63,723 bases of DNA. Source: an uncultured virus (IMG/VR IMGVR_UViG_3300031890_000412) (lineage: Duplodnaviria > Heunggongvirae > Uroviricota > Caudoviricetes). Position 1 is the first letter of the stretch; each line of letters begins with the position of its first letter. Made by a program: the position numbers and the translations under genes. Below are positions 36,239 to 45,501 of the stretch, one piece after another. The stretch is from positions 62,001 to 125,723 of IMG/VR virus record IMGVR_UViG_3300031890_000412. One strand, 5' to 3'. Below the pieces are notes generated by a model. That model was not told the origin of the DNA and searched no databases. It saw only the letters and a list, made by a program, of their open reading frames with translations.

Positions 36239-38715
36239 CAGCCGTACCTCATCCCGCGCGAAGTGATGCCGTCACCGGGCGGCGCGTTGTTCTTGGTGGC
36301 GTTGCCGTAGCCCGCGTTGGCCGCCTGTTCGTTGGAGGTGATCGGGACGTAGTTGGGCACGTTGAGGACTTGGCGCATGTTGGCCGGATGCACGGTGACC
36401 TTCAGTTCGCCGGATAAGCCGCTGGGCTTGGTGCCGCCTCGGCCGTCCCCCGAACCGGGACCACCCGAACGATCAGTGGCTCCCGGGATGTCGGAGAGCT
36501 TGCTGCCCGCGCCGGTGTCGCCTTTCTGACGCACCCGTATCTTGCCGCTCTTGAGGTCTCTGAGCATGTCGGCGTTGGTGGGATCGAAGGTCTTCCAGTC
36601 GCTCCCTGCTCCCACCTCGAAGCCATGGCCACCGAAGGCGGTCACCAAGTTTTGTTCGATGTCGAGCGACTCGCTCTGGCCGGTCATACCGTGCTTCTCG
36701 GCATAGCGCTGAGCGACATCATCGGGGATGGAGAGGTTCGCTCCCCCAAGTCCACCTATCCCCCCGAGCCCGAAGGGACCACCCATCCGATCAGTCAGCG
36801 CCTTTCGGCCCTGCGCAATCTGACCTTGCCTGCGCGCCTTGGCATCCTGATCCCGTGCCGTCTGATCCTCCACCAAAGGATCGTCTTTGGCCCCACTCCC
36901 CACTTTGCCCGCAGAGTCCATCATTTTCTTTGCCTCAGCACGGTTTAGATTGACGCCCAGCAAACTCCTCATGTTCAACTGGAACATCATCACGTTGCCG
37001 TGGGACATCTTCGCGATCCATGCGATCGTGTTCCACTCCGCGCTGGAAAACTGACCGTTGCTTATCAAGGCTTCGGTAATCGAACCGGGATCACCGGCGG
37101 TGGCGCCAGGGACCTTTATCGGGGTGCCGCCGGGTCCGCCGTGCGCCTGCAGCAGCAAACCCGCTGTGGGTTTGCCCATGATCGCGTTCTTCAGGTTGGC
37201 GCCCATGTCCGCCATCCCGGGCTGGCCGGAAAATTCCTGACCGGCTTCGACGCCAAGCTGGTAAGCCCCCTGTGGTGAAGCCCCGGCCTGTATCGCGCCC
37301 CCTGAAACCGACTCGAAAGCCCGCTCGCGCTCTGGCAGCGTGTTGTAGCCGGTCTGTGACAGCGCCTTCATGGTTGCCATCGACTGCGACAGGTTCTGGG
37401 TCAACCCGATGACCGACTCGTTGCTGTTGTGCACCCCTTCTTGCAGGATTTTCTGGGACTCTGCCACCGACATGTTCATGTCCTTGAGGTTGGACGCCAT
37501 GAACGCAGTGACGGTGTCGAACTCCTTGCCGGTGTAGCCCTGTGTCAGCGCGCTCTGGATGATTTCGCGGGACTGCTGAGTGGTGAGGAACGGGTTCAGC
37601 GCCATCATGCGGGCCTGCATCTCGTAGCCGAAGCCCTCACCGAAGCCGCCGCCTCGGATCTGCCCCAGCGCCCGGTAACGCTGGATCTCCCCGCCGATCT
37701 TCTTGTAGGCCCCGTAGGCGGCCACACCTGCGGTAATCCCGGCGCCCGCTATCCCCAGGCCCTTGCCGAGTTTGCCCAGTTGGCCGCCGCCCTTCTTGGG
37801 GCTCTCCTCCCCCTCGCCTTCCTCTGGCTCTTCGACGCCTTCCTCGGTTTCCCCTTCCGTCGGGACGGACGGCTCCTCCCCTCCCGTCCCGGCCGTGCGG
37901 ATCCTGGGCCCCCCGGTGGGCGCCGACGGGTCAGGTCTGCTTCGTTGGAGCTTGGCTCCCCAGTTCTGCAGGGCCCGGCCGACCATGCCTCCCAAGCCGC
38001 GTCCACCGACACCCGCCGCGCCCGCCACAGTGCCCGCCGTACCCGCCCAGTCCGCCACCCTGTCACGCCACGATTCCCACGGGGCTGCCGGAGCCTGAGG
38101 GGAAGCGCGTCCCCTACCGCCGCCGCCGCCACCCCTGGCGGGTGCTGTGCGCTTGGCCTCCTCCTGCTGCTGCCCCTGGTCGCGGACGGCGATGCGTTCG
38201 GCCAGCCTGTCCAGGGACTCCTGGGAAATCGACACCTGAGGCAATTCACCCTGCTTGCCGCCACCCCAGGCCGCCCGAGCGTTGAGATAGGCACGCGGAT
38301 CCTGTTGCGCCAGTTGATCGAGCATGGTCTGCGCGCCACCAGTGGGTATCTGGGGGACGACGGCCGGGGTTCGGTGCGCCGGAACACCCATACCCTCGGT
38401 CACCCCGGCCCACGGCTGGGCGTGAGTCCCGGTGGGTACCGCCGTGCTCACCTGCGGCTGGGCACCTTTCGCGGTGAGGGCCCCCATCCGCTCCATGGTG
38501 GCGGCCAGGCTACGACTGCTCTCGGAGGTACGTTCCTGGGCCTCGTTGAGCAGCTGGATGTAGCGGGTGAAGCTGTCCACACTGCGCGCGGCCGCGTCAC
38601 TGTTGGTGCGCAGGCGTTCCAGCTCGGTGTTGATCTCGCGCATCTGCGCGCTGGCCTCGGCGGGGATCTCGAAGTTGACCCGTGCCGAGATGAAGTCGTC
38701 GCCACCTGTGGTCAT
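36238..38715 (-). CDS. Tape measure protein
   Basis: 825 aa, helical and Gly/Ala-rich, immediately after the frameshifted chaperones. Confidence 0.8.
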   Translation of the reverse strand: MTTGGDDFISARVNFEIPAEASAQMREINTELERLRTNSDAAARSVDSFTRYIQLLNEAQERTSESSRSLAATMERMGALTAKGAQPQVSTAVPTGTHAQPWAGVTEGMGVPAHRTPAVVPQIPTGGAQTMLDQLAQQDPRAYLNARAAWGGGKQGELPQVSISQESLDRLAERIAVRDQGQQQEEAKRTAPARGGGGGGRGRASPQAPAAPWESWRDRVADWAGTAGTVAGAAGVGGRGLGGMVGRALQNWGAKLQRSRPDPSAPTGGPRIRTAGTGGEEPSVPTEGETEEGVEEPEEGEGEESPKKGGGQLGKLGKGLGIAGAGITAGVAAYGAYKKIGGEIQRYRALGQIRGGGFGEGFGYEMQARMMALNPFLTTQQSREIIQSALTQGYTGKEFDTVTAFMASNLKDMNMSVAESQKILQEGVHNSNESVIGLTQNLSQSMATMKALSQTGYNTLPERERAFESVSGGAIQAGASPQGAYQLGVEAGQEFSGQPGMADMGANLKNAIMGKPTAGLLLQAHGGPGGTPIKVPGATAGDPGSITEALISNGQFSSAEWNTIAWIAKMSHGNVMMFQLNMRSLLGVNLNRAEAKKMMDSAGKVGSGAKDDPLVEDQTARDQDAKARRQGQIAQGRKALTDRMGGPFGLGGIGGLGGANLSIPDDVAQRYAEKHGMTGQSESLDIEQNLVTAFGGHGFEVGAGSDWKTFDPTNADMLRDLKSGKIRVRQKGDTGAGSKLSDIPGATDRSGGPGSGDGRGGTKPSGLSGELKVTVHPANMRQVLNVPNYVPITSNEQAANAGYGNATKNNAPPGDGITSRGMRYG

Positions 38716-39134
38716 AAGCGACGCCCGGTGGAGACGTAGTCAGGCGGCAGCTGCCCGGCGGCGATCCAGCGTTTGACCGCGTTGTTCTCCTGCTGTTCCA
38801 GGAACTGGTCGATCGCGTCGTAGTCGCTGTCCTGCAAGGGCAGACCCTGCTCTTTGAAGCCGTCTTCCTCCTGCTCTTCGTCCTCGTCCTCGATGCCCAG
38901 CTCTTTGAGGATCTCCTCGCGGTACAGCTCGATCCAGCGCGGGGGGTTCAGATTGAAGGTTTGCTCGATCAGCTCGGCGTGCTTGTCTTCCTTCTCGGTT
39001 CGCCGCTTCAGGTACACCCAGTACAGCAACGCCCAGAACTGAGCCTTACTCAGCTCTTTCTGATGGAGCAAACCTCGTTCGTGGGCTAGGCGCACTTCCA
39101 GCTCCGACTTTGCGTCTAGCCTTTTTGTTTTCCC
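38712..39134 (-). CDS. Tail assembly chaperone, -1 frameshift extension (gpGT-like)
   Basis: The -1 frame opens at the slippery GGGAAAA (39134-39128) and reads GKTKRLDAKSELEVRLA... Confidence 0.8.
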   Translation of the reverse strand, partial: GKTKRLDAKSELEVRLAHERGLLHQKELSKAQFWALLYWVYLKRRTEKEDKHAELIEQTFNLNPPRWIELYREEILKELGIEDEDEEQEEDGFKEQGLPLQDSDYDAIDQFLEQQENNAVKRWIAAGQLPPDYVSTGRRL

Positions 39135-39847
39135 AGTTTGTCCAGCAGCTCGGCGAATTTGATGTCGAGGTTCATGATCGCCCGGTAGATCTCGGTGACC
39201 ACTGCCGGATAGAGCTTCTCGATCTCGGCCGCTCGCTTCACGAAGATGGACTGTGCTGACTCCTCGTCGGACAACGGCTGGTAGAGGGGCTTGTGATCCA
39301 GCTGGCGGACCCCGGCCGCGCACACCGCGATCTGGTAGGACCGCGAGTCCGCCGGTGGGGCGTCCTGATACTCCTTGCAGTACAGCCCGATGCGCTGGTC
39401 GTCGCCCACTGACAGGCTCTCGATTTCCACCGGGTGCCCGAAGACATCGACGATGTCGGTCATGCGCCCCAGCGTGAGCAGCGAGGAGAACAGCTGGCGC
39501 TCGGCCGGGGTCAGCTCGGTGACCTTCTCCTCCTCCTCAGGCTCCTCGGGTAGTTCCCCCTCCTTGGGCTCGAATCCCGGGGGACCCTCGTCGTCGCCGT
39601 GAAATTTGGCGAAGGGTTCGCTGGCCGGTTGGAAGGCGGCGATGTTTTTCGCCGCCTCCTCGGCCTCCTGCTGGGCGCGCATCAAGCCCGGGTGCACCAT
39701 GGCCGGGACCCCCACGTTGGGGCCTGCCCCGGGATTCTGGGCGGACATAGCACCCATCGGGACGACGGGCTGTGCCAGTGAGGGCTCGACGAACTCGTTG
39801 ATTGGTTGCACCTGCGCTGGATTAGGGGTTAGTCGACGTCCTGCCAT
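39116..39847 (-). CDS. Tail assembly chaperone (gpG-like)
   Basis: Start ATG 39847 (TGATG). Ends LGKQKG over CTG GGA AAA. Confidence 0.8.
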   Translation of the reverse strand: MAGRRLTPNPAQVQPINEFVEPSLAQPVVPMGAMSAQNPGAGPNVGVPAMVHPGLMRAQQEAEEAAKNIAAFQPASEPFAKFHGDDEGPPGFEPKEGELPEEPEEEEKVTELTPAERQLFSSLLTLGRMTDIVDVFGHPVEIESLSVGDDQRIGLYCKEYQDAPPADSRSYQIAVCAAGVRQLDHKPLYQPLSDEESAQSIFVKRAAEIEKLYPAVVTEIYRAIMNLDIKFAELLDKLGKQKG

Positions 39848-40476
39848 CAGATTCTCTCCGCTACTTCCCGAGCCTCGTTGGCACTGTTGTAGGGACCGGA
39901 ATGCGGCTTCCAACCACTTTCCTGATCCGGCCGGTGCCAGATCCGGTAGAACTTCTTCGGGGTTTGGCCGACGTACCTGGTGTTGTCCTCGTTGCGATAG
40001 CCGCCGTACTCGTTCTTGGTCCAACCGCGCTCATCCGGCGGTCCGACAACCCGGGGATAGCTGCGCGGCCTGGTGGTGCGCTGCCATTCGGGCAGCTCTG
40101 ACTCATCCTCGGCGGCGGTGGTTTCACGTGAAACACGAGCCATGGTGCCCGCCCAAATGCGTGAGCCCATGCGTTCAACCAGAGCGCCGGTCATGGGCAC
40201 CGCCGTCGGAACCTGGGTCCCGAAAGGCTGGCCGGTGAACGGGTTCACATCCCCCGGCTGCATGACGCGCGGAGCACCGCTCGCCGTCGAGCCGGTCCCC
40301 AGCGAGGGATCGATCGTCGACTGTTGCGGCAGATGAGGCGAGCTGCTGGGGGGAGTTGGAATCTTCGGCTGGTGCAACCCCGGCGCCTTGGGCGTGGTGA
40401 GCGGCTTGGACTGGGCCGGTGCGTCAAAACCCCTGAGCCCGAACTGATCCGCCTGTCGAACAATGGACTGCGGCAT
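39847..40476 (-). CDS. Hypothetical, probably head-associated protein
   Basis: Start ATG 40476 after AGGAAGGG. Low complexity, with a VRQA|D linker motif. Confidence 0.65.
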   Translation of the reverse strand: MPQSIVRQADQFGLRGFDAPAQSKPLTTPKAPGLHQPKIPTPPSSSPHLPQQSTIDPSLGTGSTASGAPRVMQPGDVNPFTGQPFGTQVPTAVPMTGALVERMGSRIWAGTMARVSRETTAAEDESELPEWQRTTRPRSYPRVVGPPDERGWTKNEYGGYRNEDNTRYVGQTPKKFYRIWHRPDQESGWKPHSGPYNSANEAREVAERI

Positions 40477-40523
40477 GTGATCCCTTCCTAAAGAGGGCCT
40501 CTTCACCCTCTATAGGACGAGAG

Positions 40524-41189
40524 CTACACGCCTACAGGTTTGCGATATCCGTTGTTGACGTGCGCAACTTTCCAGGCCGCTTCGTGTTGCTCGTCGGTGA
40601 CCAAATGAGCGCGAGCCTGCAGCCAATCGAACAAATCGTCCTCCCACAGCACATAGCAAGTCCATCCATGTCTGGCGTAATCCTGCTTCGTCTGGGCCTC
40701 GTGCTCAGATGGGTGCCAGTAACTGCCGAAGTACTCGTAGACCTGCTTGGCGGGCTCATTGACGAAATCAGGCACCCGGCGCCCGACGCGGATCCCGGTC
40801 GCGTGCCGATAGCCTAGCGCCTCCATGTACGGCACCAGCGCCAGTTCGTGGTTGGAACAGCGCTTCTTGGTCCCGAAGTGCACATTGCGGCGTCGGCCCT
40901 CAGTCTTGGCCCGTGCCCACTCAGCCTTCTTGGCCTCGGACATCTTGCGGCATACCTCAGCTCGCTTTTCCTCAGACCACGCTGCCCGTGTAGCTGCCGT
41001 CTTCTCGTTCTTATCGGCCCACACACCAAGCTCCCAATTCTTTCGAGTGGCCTGGCGCATTATCTCGCGCTGTTCGGGGGTGCTTTTGGCCGTGTGTCTC
41101 TTACAGGTACAGCCGGGCTCGCATTTGCGAGCCCTCTTAGCGACATGCTCGGGTTTCTGCTTGCGTCCCTTGAGGGGATGATTCATCAC
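40524..41189 (-). CDS. Free-standing homing endonuclease (NUMOD3-like repeats plus Vsr/PD-(D/E)XK domain)
   Basis: KGRKQKPEH, TPEQRE.MR and SEE.R..MSEAKK repeats; PDF...VYEYFGSYWH and W....LWE. TATAGT -10 just upstream (leaderless). Confidence 0.8.
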   Translation of the reverse strand: MMNHPLKGRKQKPEHVAKRARKCEPGCTCKRHTAKSTPEQREIMRQATRKNWELGVWADKNEKTAATRAAWSEEKRAEVCRKMSEAKKAEWARAKTEGRRRNVHFGTKKRCSNHELALVPYMEALGYRHATGIRVGRRVPDFVNEPAKQVYEYFGSYWHPSEHEAQTKQDYARHGWTCYVLWEDDLFDWLQARAHLVTDEQHEAAWKVAHVNNGYRKPVGV

Positions 41190-41250
41190 ACGATCGTACT
41201 ATACGATCTCTAGCTAACTTCCTAAATCAGGGTTTACGCAGGTCAGATGG

Positions 41251-41721
41251 CTAAACATTACTACTGTAGCAATACTGCCAGGTGATGGTCTTGGGCAGCG
41301 TCATGGTAGCGATGGTGATGTTCTCGCCCGCGTCCAAGTCGGTGATCGCGGTGGAGTGATAGACCAGCGAGCGCATGATGCCCTGCGGGGCCTTGATCAC
41401 CTTCTGCAGCGTGACCGATCCGAGCGTGACTTGTCGCTTGAGAACGTCCAGCAAAGTCCAGGTGCCCTGTAGACCTGGGAGCATCTGCCAAACAGGTTCG
41501 TTCCAAAGCTCATAGAATGTACCACGCATTGTACCAACCCCAACCGCTTGTGCCGTAACGATTTCCAGTGGGACGGACTCGTCAATGGGCTGTACCGCTT
41601 GGGCCGCTGCAACGGGGGTGGGCTGCGTGTCGTTGATGACTTGAAGCCACGCCATCCGCAAACCTTGATACATCATGGTGGTAAAGCCGGAACCACCAAC
41701 GCGTGTCTGTGACGGAGCCAC
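41251..41721 (-). CDS. Tail tube protein
   Basis: 156 aa directly after the sheath. RV.GSGFT, QPID..P.EI and YELWN motifs. Confidence 0.85.
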   Translation of the reverse strand: MAPSQTRVGGSGFTTMMYQGLRMAWLQVINDTQPTPVAAAQAVQPIDESVPLEIVTAQAVGVGTMRGTFYELWNEPVWQMLPGLQGTWTLLDVLKRQVTLGSVTLQKVIKAPQGIMRSLVYHSTAITDLDAGENITIATMTLPKTITWQYCYSSNV

Positions 41722-41733
41722 GTCTCCTCCTTG

Positions 41734-43335
41734 TTACTGGGTGCTTTGCAGCGTGTTGGACGGCCCGCCGAAGTCGGTGATCGACGAGCTGGCCGGAGCG
41801 GTGATGGTCGTCGAGGTGGCCGTAGTCGACGTCGCGTTGGAGATGTTGCTGGTAGTGCCCTGCTGGGTGATGTTCCCCGACGTCAAACTGATATTGAAGG
41901 TCACGACTATATAGTTGAGTGGGAATGCCGGAAGCCAGCTGTAGCTAACTTCGATTACATCAGGGTTGGTCAGCAATTGCCGGGCTTCAAGACCGAAGTA
42001 GTCGACCAATAGTCCGTCGCGAACAAGGCTCTGAAGTGCAGCCTCAGCGGAGGCCTTGACATTTACCAGCGTGTAGTCATAAATGGGCTGGCCAATAAGA
42101 TTGGCATTTTCCAGGTAGTCCCGCAAACGATAAACCATGGCATCCTGCTGGCCGATAATCGACCATTCCCGGTGCAACATATCCCTGTTATCGGTGGTCA
42201 CGCCGTGGCGCACCCAGATCTGTAACCGCCGGGTCTTCTCGATGACGCACAGCCCGTTCTCGGTTTCCAGGTCCTTCTGGGCCTCGGGCTCGACTTCGGG
42301 AATGTCGTTCCAGCCGGTCGGCAGCTTGTGCGTCAGCGGCATGGCCCAACTCATGTTCATCGCCATCCCCGCCAAGCTGGCGGCCATGAACTGGGCGCCG
42401 ATCGTGATGTCGTTGTTCAGCTCGGTAGAGAAGTACGTGAAGCGATCAGGGGACAGCAGCATGATGCGTTGGTCGGACAGCTCCATGGCGTTGTTCATCC
42501 GCTGAGTGGAGGGAACCCTGGTGCCGGTGCCGTCCATGCCGCAGACAGCGCGCCGCTCGAAGCGGTTGGCACTTTGTGAATCGACGTGCTCCTGCACCAG
42601 CTGCTGCAGTGGTTGTTGGCCGGTGCAGGGCACGACAATAGCGACCAGCGGCTGGTCAGCGAGAGTGGCCAGCGCATCGTTATAATCCCCGATGGTGGGA
42701 TTACCTGGCGTGGTCGGTTTCACTGCCGCGCACACCAGCTGGTAGGCGCCGTTGAGGAAGGCGAACTGCGCGGCCAGTGTCAGCTCAGACTGGATGGTGC
42801 CGTAGGCGGCAGATCCCGGGGTGACGTTGTAGGGCAGACCGTACGCCGTGACGACGTCTCGGTAGGTATAGAACACCTTGGGCAGGAAATACGTGTCGTC
42901 GGTGAACTGGTAAGCCACTTGAATGGTTTCGCCTTGGGTAATGTGCCCACCGTCGATCACCCGGCTGATGGTGTAGAGCACGGTGGGAGTGCCGAGCGCA
43001 CCACCCACCTGGACCACGGTGTAGTCGGCGCCCAGCGTGTAGACCTGCCCGCTGTTGGGGTTGGTCACCACGATGGTGGCCGGGTTGATGCCCGCGTTGC
43101 CCAAAGTTCGGTTGATGGCCGGAGTGGTGTCGTTGGTGTCGGGATTAATCAGCAGCGACTCGATGAACTGGCGGAAGCCGACCGACACCCCGAACAGACC
43201 GACCGCCGTCGGCAGCGTGGAGTTGACTGCCAGCTGAGGACCCGGCGTGGGGTTCACATAAACGCCAGGTGGCAGGTACCTACTGAAATCGATTGCCGAT
43301 GACGGGGCCGTCGTCGGCGCCACCGGAGTGGTCAT
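41734..43335 (-). CDS. Tail sheath protein
   Basis: Y.PPGVY at the N-terminus; NGL.VIE, VRHGVTT and PAFPLNYI.V at the C-terminus. Confidence 0.92.
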   Translation of the reverse strand: MTTPVAPTTAPSSAIDFSRYLPPGVYVNPTPGPQLAVNSTLPTAVGLFGVSVGFRQFIESLLINPDTNDTTPAINRTLGNAGINPATIVVTNPNSGQVYTLGADYTVVQVGGALGTPTVLYTISRVIDGGHITQGETIQVAYQFTDDTYFLPKVFYTYRDVVTAYGLPYNVTPGSAAYGTIQSELTLAAQFAFLNGAYQLVCAAVKPTTPGNPTIGDYNDALATLADQPLVAIVVPCTGQQPLQQLVQEHVDSQSANRFERRAVCGMDGTGTRVPSTQRMNNAMELSDQRIMLLSPDRFTYFSTELNNDITIGAQFMAASLAGMAMNMSWAMPLTHKLPTGWNDIPEVEPEAQKDLETENGLCVIEKTRRLQIWVRHGVTTDNRDMLHREWSIIGQQDAMVYRLRDYLENANLIGQPIYDYTLVNVKASAEAALQSLVRDGLLVDYFGLEARQLLTNPDVIEVSYSWLPAFPLNYIVVTFNISLTSGNITQQGTTSNISNATSTTATSTTITAPASSSITDFGGPSNTLQSTQ

Positions 43336-43391
43336 AGAGCCTCCCTGCTAGCGCGGTCCCTCTCTCCCTTTCTTGCGCGCAGGGGGGCGGT

Positions 43392-44207
43392 TTACAGCGT
43401 GCGCGAGGTCCGGACGACGACGTTGGCACCCTGGCCAACGGGCGGCAACGTGGGCGTTACACCCGGGGGCACCGAGTCCACGGCGGTGGGGAAGATATCG
43501 ATCCGTTCCAGGGTGTAGGCGCCATCGTGGTCGAAGCGCACCTGGGATTGCCCGAGCAGTTCGAACGAGAAACTGTCGGTGTAGGCCATCCTGTCGGGCT
43601 GCCAGGGCACGCCCAGCTCCGCGCCCTGCCCGCCGGAGGCCATGGAGGCAAAGTTGGGGGTGACGCTGACGTAGGGGTTCTCGTTGAGCGCCGCGATCAA
43701 CGTGCGGAACTGCTTGGTGTCCTGCTGGGGCTGAGTGACCCACACCTCGGGCGTGCGCGAGAACGAGATCATGGTCATGATGGCGTCCGACAGCCGGTCG
43801 CGATCCAGGTTGGTGACCGCCACGATGGACAGGATGACCTTGCCCATGTAGGTGAAGGCCTGAATCGGCGTCCACACCAGCTTGCCGTCGATTGTGGTCT
43901 GGGTCATGATCTCGTGGCCGATCCCGGCCGGGACCCACTGGTCGATGGAGAACTGCACCCAGATCCCCGGGTACTGCTCTTCGAGCAGCGGGTATTCCAG
44001 GTCGACGTAGACCTCCTTGCCGTCGGCAGCGCGCAGGTCGGTGCGCTTGATCGCGTCGCGCAGCGCGGACACCACGGCGCGCTTGGTGGCCTCGATGGGC
44101 CCGCCCGATGAGCCCGGCAGTATGCCGTTGACCTGCAGGTTGAGGTCGACGGGATTCTCATCCATGAACGCGTCGGGGCCGTAGGGCCCCTCGTCCGGAT
44201 TAGTCAT
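43392..44207 (-). CDS. Tail terminator/neck protein
   Basis: EYP...EQYPGIWV motif; position upstream of the sheath. Confidence 0.7.
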   Translation of the reverse strand: MTNPDEGPYGPDAFMDENPVDLNLQVNGILPGSSGGPIEATKRAVVSALRDAIKRTDLRAADGKEVYVDLEYPLLEEQYPGIWVQFSIDQWVPAGIGHEIMTQTTIDGKLVWTPIQAFTYMGKVILSIVAVTNLDRDRLSDAIMTMISFSRTPEVWVTQPQQDTKQFRTLIAALNENPYVSVTPNFASMASGGQGAELGVPWQPDRMAYTDSFSFELLGQSQVRFDHDGAYTLERIDIFPTAVDSVPPGVTPTLPPVGQGANVVVRTSRTL

Positions 44208-44671
44208 CGCCTGAAAATTCCTTTGAGCAGAGCCATGATGTCCCTCTTCAGATTGGGCCGGTCCTCCTGCAAAGCCTCGTCGATCGCCTGCAGCATGAAG
44301 TGCTTGGGCCTGATACCCGGGTGCCGCCAGCGCTGGTCGCGGTAGACCTGGCCGACGTGTGGGATGTTGACGTAGCCGGGCTCACCGACGTGGCTACCCC
44401 GGCGGATGTGCGGACCGTCGCCCTGCTTACAACTCATCGGGATGGTGCGCCCCTGCACCCACCACATCAGGTAGGGCCGGGTGCCTTTCTCCTGGTACAT
44501 GACGTATTTGAGCGAGCTGTTGATCGCCACGATGCCGCCGGTGTTCTTCATCGGACTGATCGACTGGATAGTGCGCTCCGACCAGCCCATCGAACGCGCG
44601 CTCTGGCGTGCCTTCTTGGCCGCCAGCTCGGACGTGCGCTGGCAGCCGCTGCGGGGATGTGGGATCTTCAT
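44204..44671 (-). CDS. Neck protein (HK97 gp10-like)
   Basis: Y..YQEKGT.P and W.HPGI.PK.FM..AI motifs. Confidence 0.75.
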   Translation of the reverse strand: MKIPHPRSGCQRTSELAAKKARQSARSMGWSERTIQSISPMKNTGGIVAINSSLKYVMYQEKGTRPYLMWWVQGRTIPMSCKQGDGPHIRRGSHVGEPGYVNIPHVGQVYRDQRWRHPGIRPKHFMLQAIDEALQEDRPNLKRDIMALLKGIFRR

Positions 44672-44880
44672 CGTGGCGGCTTCACTGCGCCCGGTTTGCC
44701 CAGCGCGGTCTGCGCAGTCACCCCATGCGTTTCAGCCGTTACGGCGGTGGTAGGCGGGTTGGCTAGGACGCTTAGGACGCTTGTCCCTACATCACCCGGC
44801 ACGCCGACGACGCCATGGGCGGTGCGGTAGTTGCCGGTGAACAAGACACCCGGCTGAGCTGACTTCACTGCTGTGGCCAT
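44668..44880 (-). CDS. Small virion protein, paralogue of 50185..50511
   Basis: QPGVLFTGNYRT and TSVL..LANP shared with the paralogue. RBS AGGAG. Confidence 0.7.
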   Translation of the reverse strand: MATAVKSAQPGVLFTGNYRTAHGVVGVPGDVGTSVLSVLANPPTTAVTAETHGVTAQTALGKPGAVKPPR

Positions 44881-44889
44881 GATCTTCTC

Positions 44890-45501
44890 CTATCCCAGAT
44901 ATGCATATAGCGGCGGTATCGGCGCGGGGAAGCTCTGGCCGATGATGGGGAAGTCCCCGATCTTGATATTGCGCTGCAGCTTGGTGACCGGCGCGCGCTG
45001 GCCGATGACATCCCAGCGGGCCTGACCGAACCGGGCGCCGGTGCGCATCGAGTCGGGGGTCACCTCCCCTATGCCGTAGATCCCTTCCAGCTCCTCGGGC
45101 ACCGGCGCAGCCAACGCCCCGCCCCAGATGCGCACCCGAGCCACGTAGTCGTGCTCGAACAACGTGGGGAAGGCCTCGGTCTGGATCTCGCGGGCGTCGG
45201 CCGTCCAGACACCGCGCGCGCTGACAGCCTCGGGTTGGCGGGTGTCGCTGAACAACGCCCACACCCGGCGGGCCTCACGTACGCCGCCGAAGTAGCCGGT
45301 GCCATAGCAGATCGGACAGTCGTTGGACCCTTGGGTGTAAATGTCGTCGGCGCAGTTAGGGCAGCGCATTTTGTTGGGGTCGTCTTTGGTGGGATGGTAG
45401 ATCTGCAGCAGGATGCACTGCTCGCCGTGGTACTGCAGCGAGTCCCGCACCCAGTTGCGGGCTCGGATGACCGAGTACTGCTCGATTGCCTTGATACTCA
45501 T
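44890..45501 (-). CDS. Head closure/stopper protein
   Basis: GE...L, RCP.C and CPICYGTGY.GG zinc motif typical of large-myovirus neck proteins. Confidence 0.7.
   Translation of the reverse strand: MSIKAIEQYSVIRARNWVRDSLQYHGEQCILLQIYHPTKDDPNKMRCPNCADDIYTQGSNDCPICYGTGYFGGVREARRVWALFSDTRQPEAVSARGVWTADAREIQTEAFPTLFEHDYVARVRIWGGALAAPVPEELEGIYGIGEVTPDSMRTGARFGQARWDVIGQRAPVTKLQRNIKIGDFPIIGQSFPAPIPPLYAYLG

Noticed and set aside
33265..38739. Long plus-strand ORFs (33265..34776, 35228..36310, 37429..38739)
   Set aside because: These are antisense open frames caused by high GC3 in the minus-strand genes.
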